Shown here: piece by piece, positions 25,462-38,141 of the stretch
How the letters are laid out: every line of letters begins with the position of its first letter
How positions within the stretch are numbered: position 1 is the stretch's first letter
Assembly: GCF_963921235.1 (NCBI RefSeq)
Contig: NC_086108.1
Coordinates: 2,108,001-2,172,000 of the forward strand
Origin: Mobula hypostoma
Lineage: Eukaryota
Direction: 5' to 3'
Length of the DNA: 64,000 bases
Notes under the pieces: model-generated
Databases searched by the model: none
Seen by the model: only the letters and a program-made list of their open reading frames with translations
Told to the model about the DNA's origin: nothing
Program-made: the position numbers and the translations under genes

Positions 25462-27375
25462 AGACCTTAAGACATATGAGCAGAATTAGGCCATCTGGCC
25501 ATCAAGTCTGTTCTGCCATTCAATCATGGCTGAGCCTTTTGCTTAAATCTCCTCAACCCCAGTTCCCGGCTTTCTCCCTGTAATCTTGATACCATGTGCA
25601 GTCAAGAACCTATCAATCTCTGTCTTAAATACAGCCAACGATCTGGCCTCCATGGCTGCATGTGACAACAAATTCCACAAATTCACCACCCTTTGGCTAA
25701 AGAAATTTCTCTGCATCTCTGTTTTGAAAGGGTGCCACTCTATCCTGAGGCTGTACCCTCTTGTCCTGGACTCCCCCACCATGGGAAGCATCCTTGCCAT
25801 ATCTACTCTGTCTAGGCCTTTCAACATTTGAAAGGTTTCAATGAGATCCCCCTCTCCCCCACCATCCTTCTGAATTCTAGAGAGACAGACTCAGAGAAAT
25901 CAAATGTTCCTTGTATGATAACCCTTTCATTCCTGGAATCATCCTTGTGAACCTCCTCTGGACCGTCTCCAATGACAGCACATCTTTTCTAAGATGAGGG
26001 GCCCAAAACTGTTCACAATACTCAAAGTGAGGCCTCACCAGTACCTTATAAAGCCTCAGCATCACATCCTTGCTTTTGTATTCTGGACTTGAAATGAATG
26101 CTAACGTGACATTTGCCTTCCTCAACCCCAATCATAGAAAGGGTGCAGGGGAGATTTACAAGGTTGTTGCCTGGATGGGGAGCAGGCCTTATGAGACTAG
26201 GTTGAGTGAACTTGGCCCTTTCTCCTTGGAGCGATGGAGGATGAGAGGTGACCTGATAGAGGTCTACAAGTTAATGAGAGGCATTGATCATGTGGTTAGT
26301 CAGAGGCTTTTCCCCAGGGCTGAAATGGCTAGCATGAGAGGGCATAGTTTTAAGGTGCTTGGAAGTAGGTACAGAGGAGATGTCAGGGGTCAGTTTTTTT
26401 TTACGCAGAGAGTGGTGAGTGCATGGAATGGGCTGCCAACGGCAGTGGTGGAGGCGGAAACGATAGGGTCTTTTAAGAGACTCCTGGATGGCTACGTGGA
26501 GCTTAGAAAAATAGAGGGCTATGGGTAAAGCCTAGTTAGTTTTAAGGTTGGGACGTGTTTGGCACAGCTTTATGGGCTGAAAGGCCTGTATTGTGCTGTA
26601 TATTTTCTATGTTTCTATGACTCAAGCTGCAAGTTAACTTTCAGGGTGTTCTGCACAAGGACACCAATGTCCTCTGCATCTCAGATTCCTGGATCTTCTT
26701 CCCAAAAATAGTCCACACATTTATTTCTACTACTAAAGTGCATGACCATGCTTTTTCCAACATCATATTTCATTTGCCACTTTCTTGCCCATTCTCCTAA
26801 TCTGCCTAAGTCCTTGTGCATCCTACGTCTTTCCTCAACACTACCTGCCCCTCCGCCAATCTTTGTATCATTGCAAACTTGACAACAAAGCCACCTATTC
26901 CATCATCTAAATCATTGATATACAGCATAAAAAGAAGTGACCCCAACACTGACCCCTGTGGAACACCACTGGTCACTGGCAACCAACCAGAAAAGGATCC
27001 TTTTATTCCCACTCGCTGCCTCCTACAAATCAGCCAATGCTCTAACCATGTTAGTAACTTTCCTGTAATACCATGGGCTCTTAACTTGGTAAGCAGCCTC
27101 ATGTGTAGCACCTTGTCAAAGGCCTACTGAAAGTCCAAATACACAATGTCCTTCATCTATCCTACTTGTAATCTCCTCAAAGAATTCCAACAGGTTTGTC
27201 AGGTAGGATTTTCCCTGAAGGAAGCCATGCTGACTTTGTACTACCTTGTCCAGTGTCACCAAGTACTCCATCACCTCATCCTTAACAATTGACTCTAACC
27301 ACTGAGGTCAGGCTAACTGGTCTATAATTTCCTTTCTGCTGCCTTCCTCCTTTCTTAAAGAGTGGAGTAACATCT
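25462..27375 (-). mobile_element. CR1 LINE (RT region), interrupted by an opposite-strand CR1
   Basis: ORFs 25543-25827, 25877-26131 and 26806-27111 contain [23 protein letters not shown] and FFSQRVVNLWN. Confidence 0.9.
26133..26619 (+). mobile_element. CR1 3' end nested inside another CR1
   Basis: FSLERWRMRGDLIEVYK...FTQRVVSAWNGLP, with tail TTCTATGTTTCTATG. Confidence 0.9.
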
Positions 27376-27589
27376 GGAATATCTGGTTACTGATCTGTTT
27401 GTCAAAAAAATGGAGCATATTCAAAAAAACTAAAAGCATTTCAAGACACATCTTGGCTCTCTACTTAACTTTTACTCTGAGGATTTCAATCCCAACTTAG
27501 TCTTCATATCTTGATTAATCCCTCACCTGGAACAAAGCCTTTCTGATACATGATGTCCAGCATTAAGTAAAATAATATTTCAACCGAAG

Positions 27590-27955
27590 CTTGACAGGAT
27601 TGAAATGAGTTGCAGAGAGTTGTAAACTCAGTTAACTCCATCATCTTCGTAGTATCCAGGACATCTTCAAGGAGCAGTTCCTCAAAATGATGTTGTCCCT
27701 TTTCATTGCTAACATCAGGGAGGGGGTTCAGGAGTCTGAAAGTACACACTCAATGAATCAGGAACAGCTTCTTCCTGCCTGCCTTCTGAGTTCTGAATGG
27801 CCATTGAACCCATGAACACTACCCCACTACTTAGTGAACAATATACATACATACACTCTTCACATTTTTTTCTATTATTATGTATTGCATTGTACTGCTT
27901 CAGCAAAGAACAAATTTCAGGACATGCAGATGATATTAGACCTGATTCTGATCCA
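27590..27955 (+). mobile_element. Rex1-type LINE 3' fragment
   Basis: CAGGAACAGCTTCTTCC...ATTGAACCCATGAACAC...ACCTGATTCTGAT, matching the 3' end of the 17556-18795 family. Confidence 0.7.
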
Positions 27956-28254
27956 AACGAATAATAAAGGCTTTGGAGGATGTCTTTGCATTTTACACTA
28001 TGCACACAGATAAATGCATGACCGACCCACAAGGGTCCTTGGTCCTCCATAGAGCTCACGTAGACAAAGTCCCACAGGTAGCGGAGAGTAAAGGATTGAT
28101 AGAGTGTTAGAGTTGTCCTGTCCAGTGATTCCATCTGTTGTTGTCACACTGCTTGTATGTGTTTAGAGTTTAATACGGTTTTCCTTGCAAAGGGAACGCA
28201 AGAGACAGTAAGATTAGACAAGAACAACTTTTAAAATTTTAATCGAGCGTGGAG

Positions 28255-28508
28255 TAGTCCATTTGAGCCATGCTGTCCAGCAATTCCTTGATTTAATCCC
28301 AGCCTAATCACGGGACATTTTACAGTGACCAATTATCCTACCAACTGGTGTGTCTTTGGACTGTGGGAGGAAACTGGAGCACCCGGCGGAAACCCACGCA
28401 GTCATGGGGAGAACATACGAACTCCTTATAGGCAGCAGCAGGAATTGAACCTGGGTCGCCTGTACTGTGAAGTGCTGTGCTGACTGCTTAACTTCCGTGT
28501 CACCCCAC
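28255..28508 (-). mobile_element. V-SINE/HE1-like SINE
   Basis: TGTGGGAGGAAACTGGAGCACCCGGCGGAAACCCACGCAGTCATGGGGAGAAC (central V-domain-like), with reverse A/B boxes at the right end. Confidence 0.8.
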
Positions 28509-28861
28509 AGTATGTCATGTATTGGGTGCAAAATGTTTTTCTCCCAGCTGCAGCTCTGAGGAAATAAACCTATAACGTTCACTCATCCTGTCAGTATATT
28601 TTTAGAAACCCAGAAAGTCCCTTGTTGTAATCACCTGTGGTACACATCACATTGTACCAGTGCGCCACAACTACAATGGGCATTCAGTTCATGATGCCGA
28701 AACGTCAGCCAGCATCCAGTTGCTGAGAGCTCAGACAGCCTTTTATTTGTCAGTTGTAATTCTTATATGCTGTTTACTAGTTCATATTTAAAACAGACAG
28801 TCAAAATGATTGTCCCCTTTTTGAAATTATCCCACATCCCAATGTCACAGCAACTTGGATT

Positions 28862-28965
28862 TCTTTAAGAAGGGCCTCGGCCTGAAATGTCGACTTTTTT
28901 TTCATTTTTTCATTTCCTGACCTGCTAAGTTCCTCCAGTATTTTGTGTGTGTGTGTGTGTTGCTT
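28862..28965 (+). mobile_element. Degenerate Penelope pLTR end with decayed hammerhead
   Basis: AAGAAGGGCCTCGGCCTGAAATGTCGACT...CCTGCTAAGTTCCTCCAGTATTTTGTGTGT; the CUGA core is lost. Confidence 0.65.
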
Positions 28966-29054
28966 CTTTAACTGGCAGCAGTTTATAGGTTAAATTTGCT
29001 GTTGATTGACCTGGCATTGAGAGTTTTGCACCTTGAAATTTGGTGAAGGTAAAA

Positions 29055-29392
29055 TGTGGAAGGGTGGAGAAACCTTTGTCAAAGTAGGTGTAAGGCGGCT
29101 CCTTCCCTCCGCCAGCCTACAGACCACCCTAGGGCAAGTTGTCGCACCTGCTTAGTGCCCTCCACCCCCGATCAGGGTCACGTGAATCCATGGGAGCAGC
29201 TGGTGGATGGTCGTACGAGCAGCCAGTGCACATCACAAGTGCTGGTTATGTGACCGCTGATGCCAGGCAGACCATCGCTGAAGAGTATTGATAATGGCTG
29301 GGGTCACCCATCTTGTAAGTACACTGCCCAGAAGAAGGCAGTGACAAACCACTTGTGTGGAAAAATTGACTAAGAACACTCATGATCATGAA
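29055..29392 (+). mobile_element. Non-autonomous retroposon with an RTE-like 3' end
   Basis: Ends CCCAGAAGAAGGCAGTGACAAACCACTTGTG...CATGATCATG, resembling RTE/BovB-type 3' ends (from recall). Confidence 0.5.
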
Positions 29393-29634
29393 TACAGAAA
29401 AGAATAAGAACAGCAGTGTGAAGTGGGTCTTCCCCTCTTCTCAGATTAGAGACAGATGGAAGACCATGACTGGGGAAATGGAAAGCTCATACTGGCTTTG
29501 GCTTTGAAGGAGGCCCAAAGAAAATATCTCGACACGCAGTTGGACAATATTGTAGCTTCTCAGCCTCGTGTTGCCTTGTGCAGTCTGTGCAGCAGACACA
29601 GGCCAGTCAGTATGAGGCCCCTAGGTCAATCAAT

Positions 29635-30770
29635 GCTCAGGTTCCACACGGTAGGCTTATTCAGAAAGTTAGAAGGCATGGGATCCAGGGAAGTTTGGCC
29701 AGGTGGATTCAGAATTGGCTTGCCTGCAGAAGGCAGAGGGTGGTAGTGGAGGGAGTACATTCAGATTGGAGGGTTGTGACTAGTGGTGCCCCACAAAGAT
29801 CTGTTCTGGGACCTCTACTTTTCGTGATTTTTATTAACGACCTGGATGTGGGGCTAGAAAGGCGGGTTGGCAAGTTTGCAGACGACACAAAGGTTGGTGG
29901 TGTTATAGATAGTGTAGAGGATTGTCAAAGATTGCAGAGAGACATTGATAGGATGCAGAAGTGGGCTGAGAAGTGGCAGATGGAGTTCAACCCGGAGAAG
30001 TGTGAGGTGGTACACTTTGGAAGGACAAACTCCAAGGCAGAGTACAAAGTAAATGGCAGGTTACTTGGTAGTGTGGAGGAGCAGAGGGATCTGGGGGTAC
30101 ATGTCCACAGATCGCTGAAAGTTGCCTCACAGGTGGATAGGGTAGTTAAGAAAGCTTATGGGGTGTTAGCTTTCATAAGTCGAGGGATAGAGTTTAAGAG
30201 TCGTGATGTAATGATGCAGCTCTATAAAACTCTGGTTAGGTCTCACTTGGAGTACTGTGTCCAGTTCTGGTCACCTCACCATAGGAAGGATGTGGAAGCA
30301 TTGGAAAGGGTACAGAGGAGATTTACCAGGATGCTGCCTGGTGTAGAAAGTATGCATTATGATCAGAGATTAAGGGAGCTAGGGTTTTACTCTTTGGAGA
30401 GAAGGAGGATGAGAGGAGACATGATAGAGGTGTACAAGATAATAAGAGGAATAGATAGAGTAGATAGCCAGCGCCTCTTCCCCAGGGCACCACTGCTCAA
30501 TACAAGAGGACATGGCTTTAAGGTAAGGGGTGGGAAGTTCAAGGGGGATATTAGAGGAAGGTTTTTTACTCAGAGAGTGGTTGGTGCGTGGAATGCACTG
30601 CCTGTGTCAGTGGTGGAGGCAGATACACTAGTGAAGTTTAAGTGACTACTAGACAGGTATATGGAGGAATCTAAGGTGGGGGCTTATATGGGAGGCAGGG
30701 TTTGAGGGTGGGCACAACATTGTGGGCCGAAGGGCCTGTACTGTGCTGTACTATTCTATGTTCTATGTTC
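29635..30770 (+). mobile_element. Young 5'-truncated CR1 LINE, RT C-terminal frame still open
   Basis: ORF to 30645 with [33 protein letters not shown] and HLEYCVQFWSP; tail TTCTATGTTCTATGTTC. Confidence 0.95.
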
Positions 30771-30954
30771 AACATGCATCATGAAAAGGAATCCACTGGG
30801 CACTTGCCTCTCATAAACTTTGCTCGTCTCTTTCCGCTGCCTTCCCTACACCCCGTCAACCTATTTTTGTTTCTTGCAAGATAAGCAATTGAAAATATTG
30901 GGTTTTTGCTGGTGTCTATTGATTCCCACTGAGAATGGTGGACTTGTCCTCCTG

Positions 30955-31350
30955 ACTTTCTGCCTGTTAACGCTGCTGCATTTAGGGCAGAAATGAAGGT
31001 CCTCCTTCTTTGTCAGTGTATCGTGTCATTAACTTCTCCTCATAGTTTTCACTACTGTCAGTCATGTAAGTCTCAGGTGGAGGCTCAGGAATACTGTCAT
31101 ATTTAGATTCTTCATTGCTGTTTCCATAACAATTTAGTTTGACCAGTCAGGGTTGTTAGCCCTGAGCTGAATGTCCAAACCTGGAGGATAGACGGACTAC
31201 TCTTAGTTTAGCCTCTACCTTTTGATCTGTTTGGCATGCGTGACCTTATCAAGAGCCAAAGCTTAAAACCCTGAACTCAGCCAGCCACCATAGCTCTCTG
31301 AATCATTGGGGCACACAAGCCTCCAAACCAGGACAAGGTTGAGTCCTCCT
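30955..31350 (-). mobile_element. ~400-bp non-autonomous element, probably RTE-derived (copy 1 of 4)
   Basis: Shared blocks TTTAGGGCAG, TTCTTCATTGCTGTTTCC, GTTAGCCCTGAGCTGAA, GTTTGGCATG and AAGCCTCCAAACC recur at 39190, 42440 and 54895. Confidence 0.7.
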
Positions 31351-31377
31351 AGAGGTTATCCTCCTGAAGAAAAGGCA

Positions 31378-31625
31378 AATTGAATTGAATTGACTTTAGT
31401 TCTTGCATCTTCACATACTTGAGGAGTAAAAATCTTTATGTTAAGTCTCCAGCTAAATGTGCAATGTGCAATCATAGTAATTTAATAGAACAGTCAGTGT
31501 AATCCAGAGTACACACAAGTCAGCGTGAGTTCATCAGTCTGATGGCCTGGTGGAAGAAGCTGTCCCGGAGTCTGTTGGTCCTGGCTTTTATGCTGCGGTA
31601 CAGCTTCCCTGCAGTAGCAGCTGGT
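31378..31625 (-). mobile_element. Rex1-type LINE 3' end
   Basis: (AATTG)n tail and GATGGCCTGGTGGAAGAAGCTGTCCCGGAG. Confidence 0.65.
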
Positions 31626-32359
31626 ATACAACATTGCTGATTTGGAGGAGATCCCAGAACATTGGTGGAGCAGTATCTAAGCTAGGTGCCAGTCCAATCA
31701 AAAGGAAATTTGGGTGGAAGAAATAATAGAGAATCTTGGTGTGCATTGTGATACTTCTGGTTAACTGGAAAGTGATAAGGGTCCTTAAATTACAAGTACT
31801 CAGAAAATTAATGAAGTGTTGGGAAATTCCAGGAGTAATGTTGGGTCCTGTACAGCTATTGAAATAAACAAGTCAAACATTTCCATCTACTTCACCAAAT
31901 AATCCCTTTAGAGTCCTATTGTTGTATTCCTCTTGTTTACCTATGTAATCTTGTCCCATTATCTCCTGAACAGCAGTCATCAAAGATCTTCTGTTCCCAT
32001 CATTGGGAGCGTTCCCATCATTGGGAGCATTCCCTTTAGCTGTTTATCTCAAGAGGTCTCAATTTTGCCTTTCGACCTTTAAGACTTGGCTTTAAAATCC
32101 AACTCTTTATGAAGCCTCAAGTCATTGCCCAGCGCATCGTCACTTTTTTTGTTAATGTTTCTGTGAAGGACTCAGGGTGTTTTGCTTTAAAGTGACACAT
32201 GAGATAAGCTGCTTTCAGAGCTGGTTTGTAGATCAACTGTAATGCTTGGGCTGAAAGCAAGCTGGATATGCTTTTGAGGAGGTGTTCCCAGAATCCATAA
32301 CATGTCCTTAACACTGATATATCAAATAGGTCTGAGGTGGTGCCTCTATGGTTCAATGA

Positions 32360-33125
32360 AAGCTTATGGAATGCTTGCTTTTGTTAGTTAAGGCATTGAG
32401 TTCAAAAGTCAAATGATTCAGTTTAATATCAGGGAATGTATACAGTATACACCTGAAATTCTTACTTTTTGCAGAAATCCATGAAACAAAAAAACCCAAA
32501 GAATGAGTGACAGAAACGTTAGAACCCCTGAGCCCCTCTTCTCCCCCGCCCCCACTCCTCCAGAGGTTATGTTGCAACTTTGTAAAACTGGTAAGGCTTC
32601 ATCTGGAGTATTGCATACTGTTCTGGTTGCCACACTACGGAAAGATGTTAAGGCTTTGGAGAAGGTGCCGAAGACATTTACTAATACGCTGCCTAGCTCA
32701 GAGGGCACAGGTTGGATAAACTTGGGTTGGTTTATCTGTAGCGCCGGAGGCTGAGGGAAGATCTGATTGAGGTTTATAAGATTATGAGAAGTATAGATGG
32801 TGGACAGAGATGATCTTTTTCCCAGGGTAGAAATGTCTAATATTAGTGGACACGCTTTGAAGGTGAGAGGGGGTAGGTTCAAGGGGGATGTATGGGGTAA
32901 GTTTTTTTACACAGTGGTTGGTGCCTGGAATGATGGTAGAGACAAATACTTTAGGGGCTTTTAAGAGATGTTGGGATTGGCACATGAATATGAGGAAGAT
33001 GGAGAAATATAGACATTGTGTAGGTTGGAGGGATTAGTTTTGAGGGATTTTGATTTACTTTTTAGCTGGTTCACCACAACATTGTGGGCTGAAGGGCCTG
33101 TTCCTGTGTTGTACTCTTCTGTGTT
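32360..33125 (+). mobile_element. Degenerate CR1 3' part, interrupted at ~32418-32562 by a short unrelated LINE-tail-like insert
   Basis: GCATTGAGTTCAAAAGTC|insert|GAGGTTATGTTGCAAC; encodes LHLEYCILFWLPHY; ends in a CR1 tail. Confidence 0.8.
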
Positions 33126-33796
33126 GGATAGTCTAGTTTCTATTTAGCACAATCGATGTCACTTAAAAGATTAGCACCAAATATGTCTAGTGTTCTGTGA
33201 TTGAAACAGGACCAGGAGGTATTGGGGCTAGAGATACAGGAGACATCCATTTATGTTGGCTACAGTCTACTGGTATTGTGAATCTTCAGGTTTGACCTCT
33301 TGTGCTGTGCTTATCTTGCAGAATTCATTCAGAATTCTGAATCAGAATCTCATTCAGAATTCTTCGAACATGTAATTACCCACTTCAAGGCTGAATTGCC
33401 CAGTTCTCTTGTTCTCATTGAACGTGCTATGTCTTAGGCTCATATCTATACAGTATATAGCTAGGGGGTCTAAGACTTTTCCACAGTGCTGTAGTGATTT
33501 TATGCATTGCACTTACTGCTACCACAAAAAAAAACAAGTTTCATGATGTGTGAGTGATGATAAACCTGATTCTGATATGGCTCTCTATTGTAGACTGAGA
33601 GTAGGAAGAGGGGAATCATGGTTGGGAAAAGGGGAAGGGAGAGGGGAGTAAGTGGGAAGCACCAGGGAGACATTCTGTAATGATCAATAAACCAATTATT
33701 TGGAATCAAGTGATCTTGCCTGATGTCTCAGGGCTGGGTGTGCCTGCACCTATGTCATCCCCTAGCCCCAGCATTTCTCTACTACCTGTCCAGCAC

Positions 33797-34021
33797 GTGT
33801 TGGGCACGTGGCCAAGTGGTTAAGGCGTTAGTCTAGTTATCGCAAGATCGCTGGTTCGAGCCTTAGCTGTGGCAGCGTGTTTGTGTCCTTGAGCAAGGCA
33901 CTTAACCACACATTGCTCTAGTCTGTGCGAGGAGTGGTGCCCCACAGACTTCCAATCTGCGCCTTGTAAGGCACGAAAATGCCCGACACAGGCCTCTCAT
34001 GGTCTGAGTCAACGTTCCCTC
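33797..34021 (+). mobile_element. tRNA-derived SINE with target-site duplication
   Basis: A box TGGCCAAGTGG and B box GGTTCGAGCC. Flanked by CCTGTCCAGCAC (33785-33796) and CCTGTCCAACAC (34022-34033). Confidence 0.85.
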
Positions 34022-34180
34022 CCTGTCCAACACCCCTCCCCCCATTGTGCACCAGCATTGCCATTCCAACATCCTTTGCTCCCGCCAGATTTGCAGACTT
34101 GCTCTCTGCTTCAAGTTGACACATGCAGTACTGTGGAAAAGTCTCATTATTTAGGGCACCCTAATTATTTATTTATGCAT

Positions 34181-34182
<2 letters not shown>

Positions 34183-34216
<34 letters not shown>
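34183..34216. repeat. (AC)n microsatellite
   Basis: About 17 perfect AC units. Confidence 0.97.
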
Positions 34217-34218
<2 letters not shown>

Positions 34219-34440
34219 TTTTGGCCTGAGAATATTCATCAGGATTGGAGTCCCATCCTGACTATTTACAACTTTCCATGAAGTTGTCACATCTTTCAGG
34301 CTTTATCCAACTCCATATCATGCTGGTACTCCTTCCAATGGAAATCTGTTCAAATCCCTTAAACATTTAACGTTTTGTGTTGAGAACCTTCATCAGGATG
34401 GGACTCCACTTCTGATGAATGTTCTCGGCCCAAAATGTTG
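34217..34440. mobile_element. Short fold-back element with ~45-bp inverted arms carrying degenerate hammerhead motifs
   Basis: 34217-34261 is the near reverse complement of 34393-34437. CTGATGAA...AAAA cores occur on both strands. Confidence 0.6.
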
Positions 34441-34459
34441 AGTCTTCGAAATGTTGGCT

Positions 34460-35622
34460 AAGCACATTGATGAAGGTAGAGCCGTAGATGTAGTGTATGT
34501 GGATTTTAGCAAGGCATTTGATAAGGTACCCCATGCAAGGCTTATTGAAAAAGTAAGGAGGCACGGGATCCAAGGGGACATTGCTTTGTGGATCTAGAAC
34601 TGACTTGCCCACAGAAGACAAAGAGTGGTTGTAGACGGGTCATATTCTGCATGGAGGTTGGTGACCAGTGGTGTGCCTCAGGGATCTGTTCTGGGACCCC
34701 TACTCTTTGTGATTTTTATAAATGACCTGGATGAGGAAGTGCAGGGATGGGTTAGTAAATTTGCTGATGACACAAAGGTTGGGGGTGTTGTGGATAGTAT
34801 GGAGGGCTGGCAGAGGTTACAACGGGACATTGATAGGATCCAAAACTGGGCTGAGAAGTGGCAGATGGAGTTCAACCCAGATATTGTGAGGTGGTTCATT
34901 TTGTTAGGTCAAGTATGATGGCAGAATATAGTATTAATGGTAAGACTCTTGGCAGTGTGGAGGATCAGAGGGATCTTGGGGTCCGAGTCCATAGGACACT
35001 CAAAGCTGCAGCGCAAGTTGACTCTGTGGTTAAGAAGGCAGATGGTCCATTGGCCTTCAATCATTGGATTGAGTTTAAGAGATGAGAGGTAATGTTGCAG
35101 CTATATAGGACCCTGGTCAGACCCCACTTGGAGTACTGTGCTCGATTCTGGTCGCCTCACTACAGGAAGGATGTGGAAACCATAGAAAGGGTGCAGAGGA
35201 GATGTACAAGGATGTTGCCTGGATTGAGGAGCATGTCTTATGAGAATAGGTTGAGTGAACTTGGCCTTTTCTCCTTGGAGCAATGGATAATGAGAGGCAT
35301 TAATCGTGTGGATAGTCAGAGGCTTTTCCCTAGGGCTGAAATGGTTAGCAGGAGAGGGCATACCTTTAAGGTGCTTGGAAGTAGGTACAGAGGAGATGTC
35401 AGGGCTAAGTTTTTTTTTACAGAGAGTGGTGAGTGTGGGGAGTGGGCTGCTGGCAGCGGAGACGGAAACAATAGGGTCTTTTAAGAGACTCCTGGATGGC
35501 TACATGGAGCTTAGAAAAATAAGGGCTATGGGTAAAGCCTAGGTAGTTGTAAGGTAGGGACATGTTTGGCACAGCTTTGTGGGCCGAAGGGCCAGTATTG
35601 TGCTGTAGTTTTTCTATGTTTC
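34460..35622 (+). mobile_element. 5'-truncated CR1 LINE
   Basis: [35 protein letters not shown] and RPHLEYC motifs, with frameshifts. Confidence 0.93.
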
Positions 35623-36001
35623 ATTCCCCTCATAGAAACTGTATGACTTGTTGAGTTTTCTAGCATTTTGTCTGTTGCTCAAGATTATCAGCATCTGCAG
35701 AATCTCACGTGTTTATCAAGTCCCTTAATTCTGTCTTCTCTTCCTTTACTTTTCAGAATAGGTGTCCTTGTGAATTATTGTGCTAAGTTGTCTGTCATGG
35801 GCCCCTGTGCAAATAGAAGTTGTTGCTAAGGGTGTGATAGCAAATACGGCTTTTGACTGTTGACTGCACAGACTGCTGACTTAAAGTACTTCTTTTAAAT
35901 GCATTGAAGGACTGGAGTTAACCTTTATACAGCTTCTAATAACACACATAAAAGTTGTTGGTGAACACAGCAGGCCAGGCAGCATCTTTAGGAAGAGGTA
36001 C

Positions 36002-36037
36002 AGTCGACGTTTTGGGCCGAGACCCTTCATCAGGACC
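36002..36037 (-). ncRNA. Hammerhead motif, core GAAA mutated to AAAA (likely inactive)
   Basis: Minus strand GGTCCTGATGAAGGGTCTCGGCCCAAAACGTCGACT. Confidence 0.6.
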
Positions 36038-36038
36038 A

Positions 36039-37636
36039 CAGGTTTCATCCACCATCCGTAGAGCATTCCTATGAAACAGTTTGTAAGCCGGAATGTCGTA
36101 AAGTGAAGAAGCAATTACCAGTTATTTATATGGGAAAATTTTGTGAGCGTTTGCAGACGCAAAAATAACCTACCAAATCATGCCAAATAACACATAAAAC
36201 CTAAAATAACAGTAACATATAGTAAAAGCAGGAATGATATGATAAATACACAGCCTACATAAAGTAGAAATACTTTCCCACAATCATTGCCGGCACTGTT
36301 CTCCGTAGCGAAAATCTCACGCAAGCGCTCTTGGCAGGAAACGTCACGCAAGCGCTGTTGGCAAAAACACTCCCTCCAGTAACCTTTAAGCTATAAAGCT
36401 GCCAAATCATACCAAATAATATGTAAAAATACATAGCCTATATAAAGTAGAAATGATGTATGTACAGTGTAGTATCACTTACGGGAATCGGGAAGACAGC
36501 ACCGAGCACACTAATGATGGTGTGGTAGGCTGAGTCATCGGAATTTGGGTGGTGCAGTGGCCCCCACCCTCTGGGCCACCGACGGATACCGATCCGCAAA
36601 GCATGCAGGGGTACAGTGGTATCTGGGAGGCACACAGCACATCTTTAAGAAAAAAGCCGAACGCAATCCCCTCTGATCTGGGCTGACAATTATGTGCTGG
36701 GCGGCAGCTAATTAATTAGCATGTTCATTTCGGCTTTTTTCATAAAGATGTGCTGTGTGCCTCCCGGCAATTGCTGCATTCTCCGCGAATTGGTAACTGT
36801 CCGCAGCCTGGGGTTGGGGTGGTGGGACACTGAGATGAGGTGTCATCTCATCTTCATCTGTTTCCATTAGGGCAGACAGCTCATCTTCTCCTGTGACTGC
36901 CTGCCTTGATGTTGAAGGTTGAGGTTCGTCGTCTGCTGTGGCTGATATGCAAGGCTTGCTTGACTGCTGAGCCTCGTGCATTTTTCTATCGTACAGTTCT
37001 TTGTAAGCACTCAAACCATCCTGCAAATATCCCCTAAACCGACGTACCCTTTCAAAATTAAAGTTGTACTTTATCATTACAGCGAAAATCTCACGCATTT
37101 GCTTCACGTTCCGTTCCTGGATGACTTCACTTTCGCTACTGAATTCGGTTTCGATTGTTATCCTTTCCTCTTCCAAATGCCTCAAATCTTCATCTATCAG
37201 TTCTTGGTCATGGGATGCCAAAACCTCTTCAACATCATCTTCATCAGCTTCCACAAGCCAAACTCACTTTGTCCTTACTTCATGCACCATGATCGAAATG
37301 CTTAATTATGTCTAGTTTTACGCTAAGTGTAACACCCTTACGAGCTCTTCTAGGCTTTTCCGATACCTTAGAACTCATCTTGCTAATGGATGCTCATAGG
37401 CATGTGTTTAAGCAATGCCGGCTAGAAAGCCGTTCCGAATCCCGGGGAGAGCGGCTGCTCGGGGCACGCTGCCTTATATCGTGCGCTGCTTTTTTATCGC
37501 GAGCTGCTTTTTTCACGCGCTGCCTTTCTTCGTAACAATGAAAACACCTTCTGTTAGCGAAAACAGGTAACTAATGTAGGTCTTTCATAACAGTGAGGTT
37601 TTGTAAAGCGAACGTTCGAAAAGCAGGGGACACCTG
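36039..37636 (-). mobile_element. Internally deleted Tigger/pogo DNA transposon
   Basis: Termini CAGGT.../...ACCTG inserted at the Penelope TA. N-terminal HTH-like MSSKVSEKPRRARKGVTLSVKLDIIKHF (ATG 37378) is joined to the acidic C-terminus EADEDDVEEVLASHDQELIDEDL; no DDE domain seen. Confidence 0.82.
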
Positions 37637-38105
37637 TAACTGAAAGAAGAGCTAGTAAGAGATTTGAAAGTGGGAGGGGGAGGGGAAGATCCAAAATGAT
37701 GGGAGAAGACAGGAGGGGGAGGGATGGAGCCAAGAGCTGGACAGTTGATTGGCAAAAGGGATATGAGAGGATCATGGGACAGGAGGCCTAGGGAGAAAGA
37801 AAGGGGGAGGGGGGAAGCCCAGAGGATGGGCAATAACGGATGGGGTATGAGGGGGAGGTGGGGCATTAATGGAAGTTAGAGAAGTCAATGTTCATGCCAT
37901 CAGGTTGGAGGCTACCCAGACGGAATATGAGATATTGTTCCTCCAACCTGAGTGTGGCTTCATCTTTACAGTAGAGGAGGCCGTGGATTGACATATCAGA
38001 ATGGGATTGGGACGTGGAATTAAAATGCGTGGACACTGGGAGATCCTGCTTTCTCTGGGCCCCCTCCCCCTCCCACTTTCAAATCTCTTACTGGCTCTTT
38101 CAGTT

Positions 38106-38141
38106 AGTCCTGACGAAGGGTCTCGGCCTGAAACTTCGACT
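38106..38141 (+). ncRNA. Hammerhead motif in pLTR, sense to the IkB pre-mRNA; helix III palindrome mutated
   Basis: AGTCCTGACGAAGGGTCTCGGCCTGAAACTTCGACT (ACTT instead of ACGT). Confidence 0.65.

Noticed and set aside
29578..30645. 355-aa ORF (and 260-aa ORF 63216-63998) as host genes
   Set aside because: They are 5'-truncated CR1 reverse transcriptase fragments with LINE tails.
31994..32035. 18-bp tandem duplication TTCCCATCATTGGGAGC(G/A)
   Set aside because: Simple local duplication with no other support for function.
33801..33875. tRNA gene
   Set aside because: A and B boxes continue into a SINE body and tail with a TSD; no convincing cloverleaf.
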